This document shows positions 21,955-31,075 of a DNA stretch of 64,000 nucleotides, piece by piece; position 1 is the first letter of the stretch; every line of letters begins with the position of its first letter. A program made the position numbers and the translations under genes. This DNA is from an uncultured candidate division Zixibacteria bacterium. Its GTDB lineage: Bacteria; Zixibacteria; MSB-5A5; GN15; PGXB01. The stretch is taken from positions 64,001 through 128,000 of the forward strand of contig OY969724.1 of NCBI GenBank assembly GCA_963702205.1, given 5' to 3'. Below the pieces are notes generated by a model. That model was not told where the DNA came from. It did no database searches and worked only from the letters and a program-made list of their open reading frames with translations.

Positions 21955-22271
21955 CCGTCTTCGCACAAGCCTACGCCGGGACACGAACCCAATGCTGTTG
22001 ACTTAAGGCAGAATACGGCTCCTCTCCCTTAATCCCTCCCCTGCCTGCCGGGGCGTAGCCTAAGCGACGAAACCTCCACCTGCCGAAATAAACAGGGCTT
22101 TCGTCTTGCGCTACCTGTCACGCCCTGGTCTGAACGCTTTTGACGAAGACGGGTGCCCCATGCACTACTTGTCCCGGCGTAGCCTTCAGCGAAGAAGGGA
22201 GTTTTATTCTTTCCCTAACAGCCTACAGCCTAAACTGCTTCCCTGGCCCGGCACAGCCTCGGCGACGACGG
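21955..22271. repeat. Cluster of REP-like repeats (consensus about TGTCCCGGCGTAGCC-n-GCGAAGACGG)
   Basis: Copies at about 21955-21983 (-), 22044-22070, 22170-22200 and 22244-22271. Confidence 0.65.
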
Positions 22272-22281
22272 CAGCCTATTT

Positions 22282-23232
22282 TTACATCAAATCCAGCGGG
22301 CTCTTCGCCCCCAGTCCACCCTTTTTCATAACATGTGTGTAAATCATGGTGGTTCTTATATCCTTGTGCCCCAGTAACTCCTGTACAGTCCTGATATCAT
22401 ACCCGTTCTCCAGCATGTGTGTGGCAAAGCTGTGGCGAAAAGTGTGAGGGCCTATCAATTTATGAATACCTGCCTTTTGTGCTGCCGATCTAACCGCTTT
22501 TCTAAGAACGCTTTCATCAATGTGATGACGTCTTTTTATACCGCCACGCGGGTCTTTTGATATTTTAGAAGCGGGAAAAACATACTGCCATTTCCATTCT
22601 TTCGCTGCGTTTTTATATTTCCTTTCCAGGGCATAGGGCAGGTACACCTCTCCAAATCCATTTTTAAGATCATGATCATGCATTATCTTTATTTTTTCTA
22701 AATGATCTTTCATTAATGGCTGAATTTTTTCCGGAAACAACGTTGCACGGTCCTTGGCTCCTTTTCCATTTACTACAATTAATTGTTCCATGTAAAAATC
22801 CAAATCTTTTACTCTAAGCCGAACACATTCTTTTACCCGCAATCCTGAACCATAAATAACCTGGGCCATTAACCTGTTTGTACCGGACATAAAACCCAAA
22901 ACACTTTCAACTTCTTTACTTAAAACAATAGGAATCTTCTCAGGTTTTTTTGCTCTCTCCATAGGCCCGAAATCACCAAGATCAATTTTGAGAACATATT
23001 TATATAAAAAAACAACAGCGTTTAAAGCCTGATTCTGGGTGCTTGCAGCGACATTCCTGTTCAAAGCCAGATCTGATACAAACTCCGATATCTCTTTTTC
23101 TCCCATGTCAGCAGGATGTTTTTTATTATGGAAGAGTATATATCTTTTCGCCCAACTTACATAAGCCTCTTCAGTCTTGTAAGAATAATGTTTTTTTCTA
23201 ATAACCTGCTTAAGCTGATCAAGAAGTCTCAT
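22282..23232 (-). CDS. intI: Integron integrase (tyrosine recombinase)
   Basis: N-term HYSYKTEEAYVSWAKRYILFH, YGSGLR, GKGAKDR, integron-specific insert VYLPYALERKYKNAAKEWKWQYVFPA, HTFRHSFATH, LLGH, TMIYTHV. Confidence 0.98.
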   Translation of the reverse strand: MRLLDQLKQVIRKKHYSYKTEEAYVSWAKRYILFHNKKHPADMGEKEISEFVSDLALNRNVAASTQNQALNAVVFLYKYVLKIDLGDFGPMERAKKPEKIPIVLSKEVESVLGFMSGTNRLMAQVIYGSGLRVKECVRLRVKDLDFYMEQLIVVNGKGAKDRATLFPEKIQPLMKDHLEKIKIMHDHDLKNGFGEVYLPYALERKYKNAAKEWKWQYVFPASKISKDPRGGIKRRHHIDESVLRKAVRSAAQKAGIHKLIGPHTFRHSFATHMLENGYDIRTVQELLGHKDIRTTMIYTHVMKKGGLGAKSPLDLM

Positions 23233-23596
23233 GGTAATCCTCCTTATAATTATTTTGACATTAATTTATTAATATGATCTCATGGCTCTCGATTTACCGC
23301 TTTGATGTTGATTTAATCGATATAATAAAATACCTCTTCGGCATTCGCCGACCTGCCCTGTTAAATTACCTGGAGGGATTCCTGTTTGCTAGGGCGTATT
23401 AGATGATTCCAGTAGTCTTTGCCAGTTAGGGGGTATCAGATATTAGTGATGATGAGCGTGAATTGTTAAACAATAAACGCATTGTTTATATTTGTCAACT
23501 TATTTCTATTTTTTTGTTTCTCAATAGGCACAGCTTTTCCGATTAACTAAATTATATCAGGTAGATAGGCGCCATAAAAAAATATTTTTAATGTGG

Positions 23597-23618
23597 ATAT
23601 CGGAAAATTTTCCGATAT
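23597..23618. promoter_or_regulatory. 22-bp perfect palindrome, candidate operator
   Basis: ATATCGGAAAATTTTCCGATAT; 15 nt (GATATCGGAAAATTT) recur at 23824-23838 next to attI. Confidence 0.5.
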
Positions 23619-23823
23619 GGAGCAATTGAATTCGGTTACAACAACGATTATCACCTATCCTATTGATATAATTAATAATAAGTATTTTTCACAAATTTAA
23701 TTTTATTATATTTATTAGCCATACTTTGCCTGATTTGCCGATTTCAATAGGGTGGCAATATTTAATTTAACTGTTTGAAAATATGATTAATATAAAGGAG
23801 CAAAAGGCATTTTTTCAAAAGTC

Positions 23824-23860
23824 GATATCGGAAAATTTGCCCACTACTCCTATGTTAAAT
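23824..23860 (+). other. attI site (crossover G/TTAAAT at 23854)
   Basis: GTTRRRY core just upstream of the first cassette ORF; GTTAAATGC is complementary to GCATTTAAC at the first attC. Confidence 0.7.
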
Positions 23861-23876
23861 GCTCAAGGAGCAAAAA

Positions 23877-24443
23877 ATGCGAATATATTTAATACTCATA
23901 TCATTGTTACTTCTTTTTTCATGTGCCCCAATAAAGCATTATGAAATCATGTCAAAAAAAACTGGTATTGTGCACACCGTTTCTATTGGAAGTGAACTTT
24001 ATAGGATAAAAAAAGAACGTGATCTACCAAATGTTTTTGGAAAAGCAGATATACACGGTGGGAAAATTGAGGAAGGGTTAACCGAGTTACGATTTATGGG
24101 CATTGCAGATGATGGGAAAATAATGTTTAGGCTTACTGACATTGATATACAATCTAATGAAACCGTATTCACAAGATATGGTGCAAATCGAACAACAATA
24201 AATACAAATGCAAATGCAAATGTATCAGTCTATGGTAATTCTGCATTTGGTTCTGGTAATGCAAATACTGTTATAACAGAACACGATAAACCAGAGGCCC
24301 AGATTACCAAACTTCCAAATACTGTTGATTTCGTATTTGACCCAAAAGATAAATACTTAAAACTTGAAGATATTACTGTTGAAGTAATTGATGCTACAAA
24401 ATATTCCTTAAGTTACACCCTGCACAAAGAAGAAGTCCAATAA
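23877..24443 (+). CDS. Cassette gene: putative lipoprotein
   Basis: AAGGAG RBS; hydrophobic signal ending in the lipobox LFSC. Confidence 0.8.
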   Translation: MRIYLILISLLLLFSCAPIKHYEIMSKKTGIVHTVSIGSELYRIKKERDLPNVFGKADIHGGKIEEGLTELRFMGIADDGKIMFRLTDIDIQSNETVFTRYGANRTTINTNANANVSVYGNSAFGSGNANTVITEHDKPEAQITKLPNTVDFVFDPKDKYLKLEDITVEVIDATKYSLSYTLHKEEVQ

Positions 24444-24471
24444 TCTGCCGTTAAATGTGAGGGAGAACAAA

Positions 24472-24921
24472 ATGACTACTCGTAATGAAACAAGATTGCA
24501 TAACTTGGATTTTTTAAAAACAAATTTGCATTTTTCACAAAATGGGAATAGTGCTGTTTTCCAAAAAGACAGTAAATATTTTATTTCTCCTGCGGTGTCA
24601 GAAGGGAAACATGGTAAATACTGGATAGATATACGTGAAGCAAACTTAAAAAAAATAGTACTGCAAAACTGTTTTCTTATGCCAAGGATTAAACCAAACT
24701 TATTCATTCTTGAAAATATCAATAATCTAAATAACCTGCTGTCTAAAGATTCTATGGAATGGAGGTCAAATTCAGGGAATGTTTGGGGCATTTATATGAA
24801 AATAAATATTCAATTAAAAACAGCAACATTGTTCAGTAAAAAAAATCCTGAAAATCAAATAACAACAGCTTTAATACCCAAAGACACAATTAAAGAAACA
24901 TTAAATGAAGTATTTACATAA
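24472..24921 (+). CDS. Cassette gene: hypothetical protein
   Basis: GGGAG RBS; ORF ends just before attC. Confidence 0.75.
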   Translation: MTTRNETRLHNLDFLKTNLHFSQNGNSAVFQKDSKYFISPAVSEGKHGKYWIDIREANLKKIVLQNCFLMPRIKPNLFILENINNLNNLLSKDSMEWRSNSGNVWGIYMKINIQLKTATLFSKKNPENQITTALIPKDTIKETLNEVFT

Positions 24922-24926
24922 ACTGC

Positions 24927-25053
24927 ATTTAACATGGCACTCAACGTGACACGCTACTATCTTGCCGAATCAGCCTTTAAAGGTTACCGGCATTCATACT
25001 TAAAAATATCTTATGGTGGAGTGCACCGCGTGCTCGTTAGTTAATCGTTATGG
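24927..25053 (+). other. attC site
   Basis: ATTTAAC...CAACGTGACACGC...GCGTGCTCGTTAG...GTTATGG. Confidence 0.9.
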
Positions 25054-25064
25054 GCCAAAGACAT

Positions 25065-25801
25065 ATGATAGAAGAGTTAAAAAATTACTATAAAGAAAAC
25101 GGAATCCTCGCAACATCATTTACTTGTGCCTACAAATTCCGGTGCAAGGGTGATTGTACCGAGTTTACAGGACCAAAATCTGCTTTCGTTAGTTCTGGAT
25201 ATGAAATCAATTTACTTCCGAGATTATTGTTTTTATCATTGGATTCTGGCAGCGGCGACAAAAACGATGATAACCGACTTCCCCTAGCTGTAAGACAGCA
25301 AGAGGAAATAGATGAAGATGTTTTGTCTTTACCAAAACACAAACATTGGTATAGGACACACGAATTAGCATGGTACGTATTACGGCATTTTAATGAAAAA
25401 CTAAAAATACAAGAGGTTAACAAATTCTTTGCTCATGCCAACTCCGCTAAATGTTGCATGAACAAAAAGCAAAAAAAAAGGCAAATGCTATATTATTCAG
25501 AAACTGTAAAAAATATTTGCGAGGCGAAATAAAGATCTTGTCACCAGATATTGTCATTACCCAAGGTAATGAAGCAAAAGAAGCTATCTGGTTTTTGCAG
25601 GATACAATCTATAATCGTATTGATGAGTTCGCATCAGTAATTGAGCTAAACAATAGGCAAGTATTTTGGTTACACACCTACCATCCTAGTAATTGGGGGG
25701 CATTTTATAAACAGCGAAATTTTGATAAAGCCAATAATATCGCTAGGGGTTGGGTAAAATATTCAGACCTAATATATGAGTTTTTATCAAAAAAACCATA
25801 A
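25065..25801 (+). CDS. Cassette gene: uracil-DNA glycosylase superfamily-like protein (frameshift at about 25471)
   Basis: NSAKC...NCKKYLRGEIKILSPDIVITQG...TYHPS; ORFs 25050-25532 and 25451-25801 overlap at an A-run. Confidence 0.7.
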
Positions 25802-25922
25802 CATGCAACTCAACGTGACACGCTACTATTTCGCCAAATCGGCCTTGTGTGGTCTGCAAAATATTAACATTTAATCATCTTATGATGGCGGGCACCGCGT
25901 GCTCGTTAGTTAATCGTTACAC
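25796..25922 (+). other. attC site
   Basis: CCATAAC (complements GTTATGG 25047)...GTTACAC; same family as the previous attC. Confidence 0.9.
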
Positions 25923-25937
25923 GTCAAAGGAAATAAT

Positions 25938-26318
25938 ATGATTTGCTTTGAAATTACAATCAATGGTGAAAAAATCTGCACTGCTGGAATTGAACAGGAA
26001 TATGGTGTTATCAGTTCTATATTGACTTGGGTAAAAAGAAAAAAAGCTCCTGCAGAGACGTGTTCTGAAGTATCAGAAGAAGAACTCTTTTTAGATGTGG
26101 GAGGTCTTATAACTCATGGAAACAACAACCATGAAAATCTCAAATGGTTAAAGAGAGAAATTGAGGCTGGAGACGAAATAAAAATAAGAGTCATAGAATC
26201 TGATTCCTGTACTCAACCTAGCTCAAGAACGAAACAAGATCCCGAATTTTTGGAGAAAGAAAAGCGCAAGTATTATAAAAAGCTTAAAAAAGAATATGAG
26301 AACGACAAAGACGTGTAA
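25938..26318 (+). CDS. Cassette gene: hypothetical protein
   Basis: AAGGA RBS; stop overlaps the inverse core GTGTAAC. Confidence 0.8.
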   Translation: MICFEITINGEKICTAGIEQEYGVISSILTWVKRKKAPAETCSEVSEEELFLDVGGLITHGNNNHENLKWLKREIEAGDEIKIRVIESDSCTQPSSRTKQDPEFLEKEKRKYYKKLKKEYENDKDV

Positions 26319-26439
26319 CAATTCATTCAACGTGACGTGCTTACTATCTTGCCAAATCGGTCTTTAAAGGTTTGCAACGTTCATTCTTCTAAGCACCTTT
26401 ATTGGCAGGCGTCGCACGCTCGTTAATTCTACGTTCGGC
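26313..26439 (+). other. attC site
   Basis: GTGTAAC...CAACGTGACGTGC...GCACGCTCGTTAA...GTTCGGC. Confidence 0.9.
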
Positions 26440-26454
26440 TAGGTGGAAGAAAAT

Positions 26455-27207
26455 ATGACAGACGAAGGTAAAAATAAAGAATTAAGTGATTGGCGATTGC
26501 AAGCTGTATCAACACTCGCAAAACCTTTTAAATCACCATGGTCAAATATTACTTTTCCTGCTGGTTCTAAAGTATGCCTCACAGCAATAGCAAAATTTGA
26601 TAAAAAAATTAACATTGGGATACCAATGCCTAATGCTACAGCAATGTTTTTAAATATTTCAAGCAAATCATATCAACAAGCGAATAAAATTATTTCTGAC
26701 AAATCGAAAATCAAGCATGCAGATGGAAATTTAAGCTTTATTTCAGACACCGATGCAATCGATTTTATTGAAAATTTATGTGCTGCTGTTGTTTTTGCTT
26801 TTAGCTCTTTAGAAACATATGCAAATGAAGTTATTCCTGATGATTATATTTTTAGGATAAAAAGAAAAGATGCAAAATGTATTGAAGAATATAATAAAGA
26901 CCAAATAGAAAAGTATTTAAATATCGATGTAAAATATGGTGAGGTTCTTCCTGAAATATTTGGGATTAAAAGTCCAAAAAATAAAAGAATCTGGCATGAC
27001 TATAAAAGGTTAAAAGATGTCAGAGATAGAATCATTCATTTGAAGTCTAAAGATAGGAAATCCTCTGGCCCTAATGATAATACTATTTGGAATTCATTAC
27101 TTTATAAAGAGTTCCCTGACATGGCAAAAATATCGAAAAATCTAATCGATTATTTTGCTGTAAACATGGAAAAAACTCCAACATGGATAGAAAATTATCC
27201 CTATTAA
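26455..27207 (+). CDS. Cassette gene: HEPN-like protein
   Basis: Helical protein with SSLETYANE and RDRIIH (Rx4H) motifs. Confidence 0.6.
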   Translation: MTDEGKNKELSDWRLQAVSTLAKPFKSPWSNITFPAGSKVCLTAIAKFDKKINIGIPMPNATAMFLNISSKSYQQANKIISDKSKIKHADGNLSFISDTDAIDFIENLCAAVVFAFSSLETYANEVIPDDYIFRIKRKDAKCIEEYNKDQIEKYLNIDVKYGEVLPEIFGIKSPKNKRIWHDYKRLKDVRDRIIHLKSKDRKSSGPNDNTIWNSLLYKEFPDMAKISKNLIDYFAVNMEKTPTWIENYPY

Positions 27208-27210
27208 AAC

Positions 27211-27276
27211 GCCGAACAAACGCATTAAGCCGATTTGGCGAAAAGACCGCCAAACCGCTTATGCAGCTCGTTATGT
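27211..27276 (+). other. attC site (short type)
   Basis: GCCGAAC...TTTGGCG/CGCCAAA...GTTATGT. Confidence 0.9.
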
Positions 27277-27303
27277 TTTTCATTGTATGCGGAGGAAAGT
27301 GAT

Positions 27304-27579
27304 ATGGATGAAAAAGAGTTAAGAGAAATGAGAAAAACATTAGCAGAACAAACTAAAATATTGGCTACACCAATTGATTTCGATGATTTAATCAAAAAAG
27401 GTTTAATTAAAAAGGTTGGTAAATCCTACTATACTGATAACATCCATAAATTACCGAAAGAGGTAACTTGTAAAATAAAAGAAATGTCGAATGGTAGGTA
27501 TGGTTTAAAACTTACCTTTTACAAAGAAACCAAATCAATCAAAAAGGTTGCAAAAGATTTTGAGCAATATTCTGAATAA
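27304..27579 (+). CDS. Cassette gene: hypothetical protein
   Basis: GGAGG RBS; ends at the inverse core ACATAAC. Confidence 0.8.
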   Translation: MDEKELREMRKTLAEQTKILATPIDFDDLIKKGLIKKVGKSYYTDNIHKLPKEVTCKIKEMSNGRYGLKLTFYKETKSIKKVAKDFEQYSE

Positions 27580-27580
27580 A

Positions 27581-27710
27581 ACATAACCCGGCAATTAAGC
27601 GCGACTGGCTGGTTTTTCTTGCCGATTGAAATTCAGTGGTATTAATAGTCTTCACACTTTATCGCCCATCGGTACCATTACCCGCCAGCGCCTTATCGCC
27701 ATTATTGGCT
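27581..27710 (+). other. attC site with mutated crossover core (ATT instead of GTT)
   Basis: ACATAAC...TAAGCGCGACTGGC...GCCAGCGCCTTA...ATTGGCT. Confidence 0.8.
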
Positions 27711-27979
27711 GTCAATAGAATAGAACAAAATCGAATTCAGGGGCAGCGGAAATGAAGTTGCAAATAACATGTAATCCAAGGACGCGAGAATTGATCTGAA
27801 AATAAAAAGGTAACAAAACAAAGGAAATCCATTCCCCGGAAATTCCTTTGAAAAATAAATCAAAAAAATATAAAAAGAATCATTCAAAAACATAGTTTTC
27901 AAAAAGCAACAAATCTTTAAAAATCAGTAATTGAAAGTAAGCAGTCATAAATAAACTAAATGGGTTGGCGGCAGCCAAC
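27704..27979 (+). ncRNA. ORF-less cassette A (candidate structured non-coding RNA or DNA element)
   Basis: No conserved ORF; homologous to 29835-30121 and 32444-32746 with invariant blocks and conserved hairpins. Confidence 0.5.
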
Positions 27980-28102
27980 AAGTCACTAAACAAGGACAGG
28001 CTGGTTTTTCTTGCCGAATCGAACCGCAAAGATTCGCGAAGTTATATAATGCAACAAGCTTCAAAGGTACGCCCCGCCTGCCTGTTAGTGTCGTCGTTAA
28101 AG
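27973..28102 (+). other. attC site
   Basis: AGCCAAC...CACTAAACA..GACAGGC...GCCTGCCTGTTAGTG...GTTAAAG. Confidence 0.88.
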
Positions 28103-28118
28103 GTCAAGGAAATATAAA

Positions 28119-28397
28119 ATGGAATATATAGGAACAACTCCCAATAAATTTATGGCAATTTTCTGGATGTTTTTTGCTGTATTTGTAGCAATCGGATCAA
28201 TTCCTGTTCTATGGTCATCAGCTAAATTATTGATTATACCATTGCTGATATTACCAATTATTTTTTTTATCATGGGATTACAGAGGACACGGAAATATCG
28301 TCTTGAGAATGGGAAGTTTGAAAAGGTAATACGTTCATTATTTTTCGCAGCAGCAATGGTTTCAGCACTTACAATGCCATTTAATGTAGTTCTTTAA
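28119..28397 (+). CDS. Cassette gene: small membrane protein (copy 1)
   Basis: Three hydrophobic segments; identical to 29044-29322. Confidence 0.8.
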   Translation: MEYIGTTPNKFMAIFWMFFAVFVAIGSIPVLWSSAKLLIIPLLILPIIFFIMGLQRTRKYRLENGKFEKVIRSLFFAAAMVSALTMPFNVVL

Positions 28398-28400
28398 AAC

Positions 28401-28529
28401 CTTTAACCATGCGTTCAAGGTGACCCGGCTACTATATCGCCGAGTGAGCAGAGTCAATATTAACAAGTATCTTAGGGGCATGAGGCTAGTTGCAATAAAA
28501 CCGCCGGGCTCCTTAACTTCACGTTCTAT
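28401..28529 (+). other. attC site
   Basis: CTTTAAC...CAAGGTGACCCGGC...GCCGGGCTCCTTAAC...GTTCTAT. Confidence 0.9.
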
Positions 28530-28545
28530 GTCATAAAAAATAACT

Positions 28546-28884
28546 ATGATGCGAGATTATAAAGATTTCAAACCAGTAAAAATTGGAGGTCAAATATCCA
28601 TTTGTATTGGTGTATTCATTTTTCTATTTTACTTCGTTTTGGTTCGTGAACCTGAATTAGGAACTTCATTTGATGTTTTTGCGTGTATCAATATTGCTTG
28701 GTACCTTTTAATGGGCATAGGAATCCTTCAACAAAAAATATGGGGCTATCATATGCTCAAAGTATTTTTATACATCTTATTCGTCAGTTTTCCGATTGGA
28801 ACATATATTTCTTATAAATCATTAAAGTATTTTAAAGAAAAAGATATCAAAGACTTCTTTGTCAGTAAAACAATGGATTTGTAA
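28546..28884 (+). CDS. Cassette gene: small membrane protein
   Basis: Three hydrophobic segments; bounded by GTTCTATG and CATAGAAC. Confidence 0.8.
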   Translation: MMRDYKDFKPVKIGGQISICIGVFIFLFYFVLVREPELGTSFDVFACINIAWYLLMGIGILQQKIWGYHMLKVFLYILFVSFPIGTYISYKSLKYFKEKDIKDFFVSKTMDL

Positions 28885-28894
28885 ATTAAATGTC

Positions 28895-29027
28895 ATAGAA
28901 CCAGCGCATTTACTAAGACCGGGCTATTTTTTACGCTTTTTTTAATTCTCTGCAAACTATCAACCTTCGAGTCTTTATCAAGGTGAATCGGTTTGCGCCG
29001 CCCGGCTTGTAATGCAATACGTTAAAG
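28895..29027 (+). other. attC site
   Basis: ATAGAAC...GCATTTACTAAGACCGGGC...GCCCGGCTTGTAATGC...GTTAAAG. Confidence 0.9.
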
Positions 29028-29043
29028 GTCAAGGAAATATAAA

Positions 29044-29322
29044 ATGGAATATATAGGAACAACTCCCAATAAATTTATGGCAATTTTCTGGATGTTTTTT
29101 GCTGTATTTGTAGCAATCGGATCAATTCCTGTTCTATGGTCATCAGCTAAATTATTGATTATACCATTGCTGATATTACCAATTATTTTTTTTATCATGG
29201 GATTACAGAGGACACGGAAATATCGTCTTGAGAATGGGAAGTTTGAAAAGGTAATACGTTCATTATTTTTCGCAGCAGCAATGGTTTCAGCACTTACAAT
29301 GCCATTTAATGTAGTTCTTTAA
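29044..29322 (+). CDS. Cassette gene: small membrane protein (copy 2, exact duplicate)
   Basis: Same 92-aa sequence as 28119-28397. Confidence 0.8.
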   Translation: MEYIGTTPNKFMAIFWMFFAVFVAIGSIPVLWSSAKLLIIPLLILPIIFFIMGLQRTRKYRLENGKFEKVIRSLFFAAAMVSALTMPFNVVL

Positions 29323-29325
29323 AAC

Positions 29326-29454
29326 CTTTAACCATGCGTTCAAGGTGACCCGGCTACTATATCGCCGAGTGAGCAGAGTCAATATTAACAAGTATCTTAG
29401 GGGCATGAGGCTAGTTGCAATAAAACCGCCGGGCTCCTTAACTTCACGTTATAG
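29326..29454 (+). other. attC site (duplicate of 28401-28525)
   Basis: Identical to the attC of copy 1 up to the GTT. Confidence 0.9.
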
Positions 29455-29466
29455 GGCTATAGTTAA

Positions 29467-29766
29467 ATGAAACAAGAATATGAGAATAATAAAATCAACT
29501 ATATCCACCTTTCAATAGGTGTCTTTATTCTATTATCTTTTTTGGGTTTTTGCGTATACCATAATAATACAAAATATTTTTTCGATACCATCTTAACTTT
29601 TATATTTCTTGATATTGCATTAAGTCTTTATCTTAGTAGTAGCAGTGTTAAAAAAATTGTTGCCTATATTCTTTGTCCAATTCTTTTATTCCACAAGTTT
29701 TTAATTCCTAAGAAGTTGAGAAATGAAATTAAGGAAATAGAAGAAAAAATTAAAAATGAGACCTAA
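29467..29766 (+). CDS. Cassette gene: small membrane protein
   Basis: Hydrophobic segments; lies between attC sites. Confidence 0.75.
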   Translation: MKQEYENNKINYIHLSIGVFILLSFLGFCVYHNNTKYFFDTILTFIFLDIALSLYLSSSSVKKIVAYILCPILLFHKFLIPKKLRNEIKEIEEKIKNET

Positions 29767-29771
29767 AAAGC

Positions 29772-29841
29772 ATATAACAAGCCCTTCAACAAATGACCGG
29801 GCGATAAGGCGCCGCCCGGCATGTTAAGGGCGCCGTTGGCG
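29772..29841 (+). other. attC site (short type)
   Basis: ATATAAC..GCCCTTCAAC..TGACCGGGCG/CGCCCGGCATGTTAAGGGC..GTTGGCG. Confidence 0.9.
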
Positions 29842-30121
29842 TGCTGGAAAAGCAGAATAAAAAAAAAGGCCATAGTGACAGAGGGAAGTCAGTTACCAAT
29901 AACATGTAACTCAAGGGCGCGAGAATTGATCTGAATATTTTCAGGAGTTAAAACAAAGCCATTTAATAAATCCGGATATTCCTGTTTCCGGAAATTCTTT
30001 GAAAATAAAATCAAATTAATATAAATCCAAAAACATAGTTTTCAAAAAGCGTCAAATCTTTAAAATCAGTAATTGAAAGTAAGCAGTCAAAAACAAACTA
30101 AACAGGTTGGCGGCAGCCAAC
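29835..30121 (+). ncRNA. ORF-less cassette B (candidate structured non-coding RNA or DNA element)
   Basis: Homologous to cassettes A and C; no ORF of 60 aa or more. Confidence 0.5.
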
Positions 30122-30247
30122 AATGGTATCTACTAAGACCGGGCTATTTTCTTTGCTTTTTATGTTTCGCCTTACAAGTATCAATTTTATAGGTTTTAAA
30201 TAGTTTATCGGTTTGCTCCGCCCGGCTTGTAATACCTGTCGTTCTGT
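30115..30247 (+). other. attC site
   Basis: AGCCAAC...GGTATCTACTAAGACCGGGC...GCCCGGCTTGTAATACC...GTTCTGT. Confidence 0.9.
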
Positions 30248-30261
30248 GCAAAGAGAATTTA

Positions 30262-30540
30262 ATGGAAGTAACAAAAAAGAAAAAGAAGAGACGCGCTAAA
30301 GGTAAAAGTTGGGTAAAAGAATATAAAGGCAATAATATCCTTCATGACTACAAGCGCAAATTTAAAATACAATTAATTGCGGCAATTAATGATCTCCAGT
30401 CTTTAGGTGTTCATCTTAATGAAGCGGAGGCCGCTCGGATAAAACTTGAAAGACATTACAATGGTGAACAACAAATCAATAAGAAAACTCAGGAATATTT
30501 AAAATCTATTATTAGTGGGAATAATCGTGGCTTATACTGA
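30262..30540 (+). CDS. Cassette gene: basic hypothetical protein
   Basis: Bounded by GTTCTGTGC and GCACAGAAC. Confidence 0.75.
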   Translation: MEVTKKKKKRRAKGKSWVKEYKGNNILHDYKRKFKIQLIAAINDLQSLGVHLNEAEAARIKLERHYNGEQQINKKTQEYLKSIISGNNRGLY

Positions 30541-30542
30541 GC

Positions 30543-30675
30543 ACAGAACAAACGCATTTACTAAGACCGGGCTTTTTTTTCGCCATTTTTTAAACATTTA
30601 TCAACTATAAACCTTCGTGCATTTAACATGGTCAGTTGGTATGCACCGCCCGGCTTGTAATGCACCACGTTATGC
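30543..30675 (+). other. attC site
   Basis: ACAGAAC...GCATTTACTAAGACCGGGC...GCCCGGCTTGTAATGC...GTTATGC. Confidence 0.9.
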
Positions 30676-30685
30676 TTTAGTAAAT

Positions 30686-31075
30686 ATGAAAATATTGATT
30701 AAAATTATAATAGCTATAGGTTGCATCGGTTTTCTTTTTGCAACTTGGTATGTAATAAATGTCATCAATACTTATGGTGAAAAAACTGCTGTTTTCAAAG
30801 CAGGTTGGACTAACTTGCCTAAAGGGGAAACAGGTGGAGATCGAATTATTCTTTATCAACATGACACAAACAATAAAATAATCGAACTAAGTATAGACAA
30901 TGAATTAAGAGAGTATTTAAACAATAAAAAAGGTGGAACTATAAATGTTGAGGTAAAAATGGGAGGTAGATGGTGGTCCTCTTGGACTTTAGTCCCTGCT
31001 ATTGATGGAAAGATATACACCTATAAAGATTTTACAGTTATTGATCGTGACTTTTTAAAAAAAATTAAAAAATAG
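30686..31075 (+). CDS. Cassette gene: membrane-anchored or exported protein
   Basis: N-terminal hydrophobic helix; bounded by GTTATGCT and AGCATAAC. Confidence 0.75.
   Translation: MKILIKIIIAIGCIGFLFATWYVINVINTYGEKTAVFKAGWTNLPKGETGGDRIILYQHDTNNKIIELSIDNELREYLNNKKGGTINVEVKMGGRWWSSWTLVPAIDGKIYTYKDFTVIDRDFLKKIKK

Noticed and set aside
21083..23232. CI-like repressor plus tyrosine recombinase as a prophage
   Set aside because: The recombinase has the integron-specific insertion, and no phage structural or replication genes are present.
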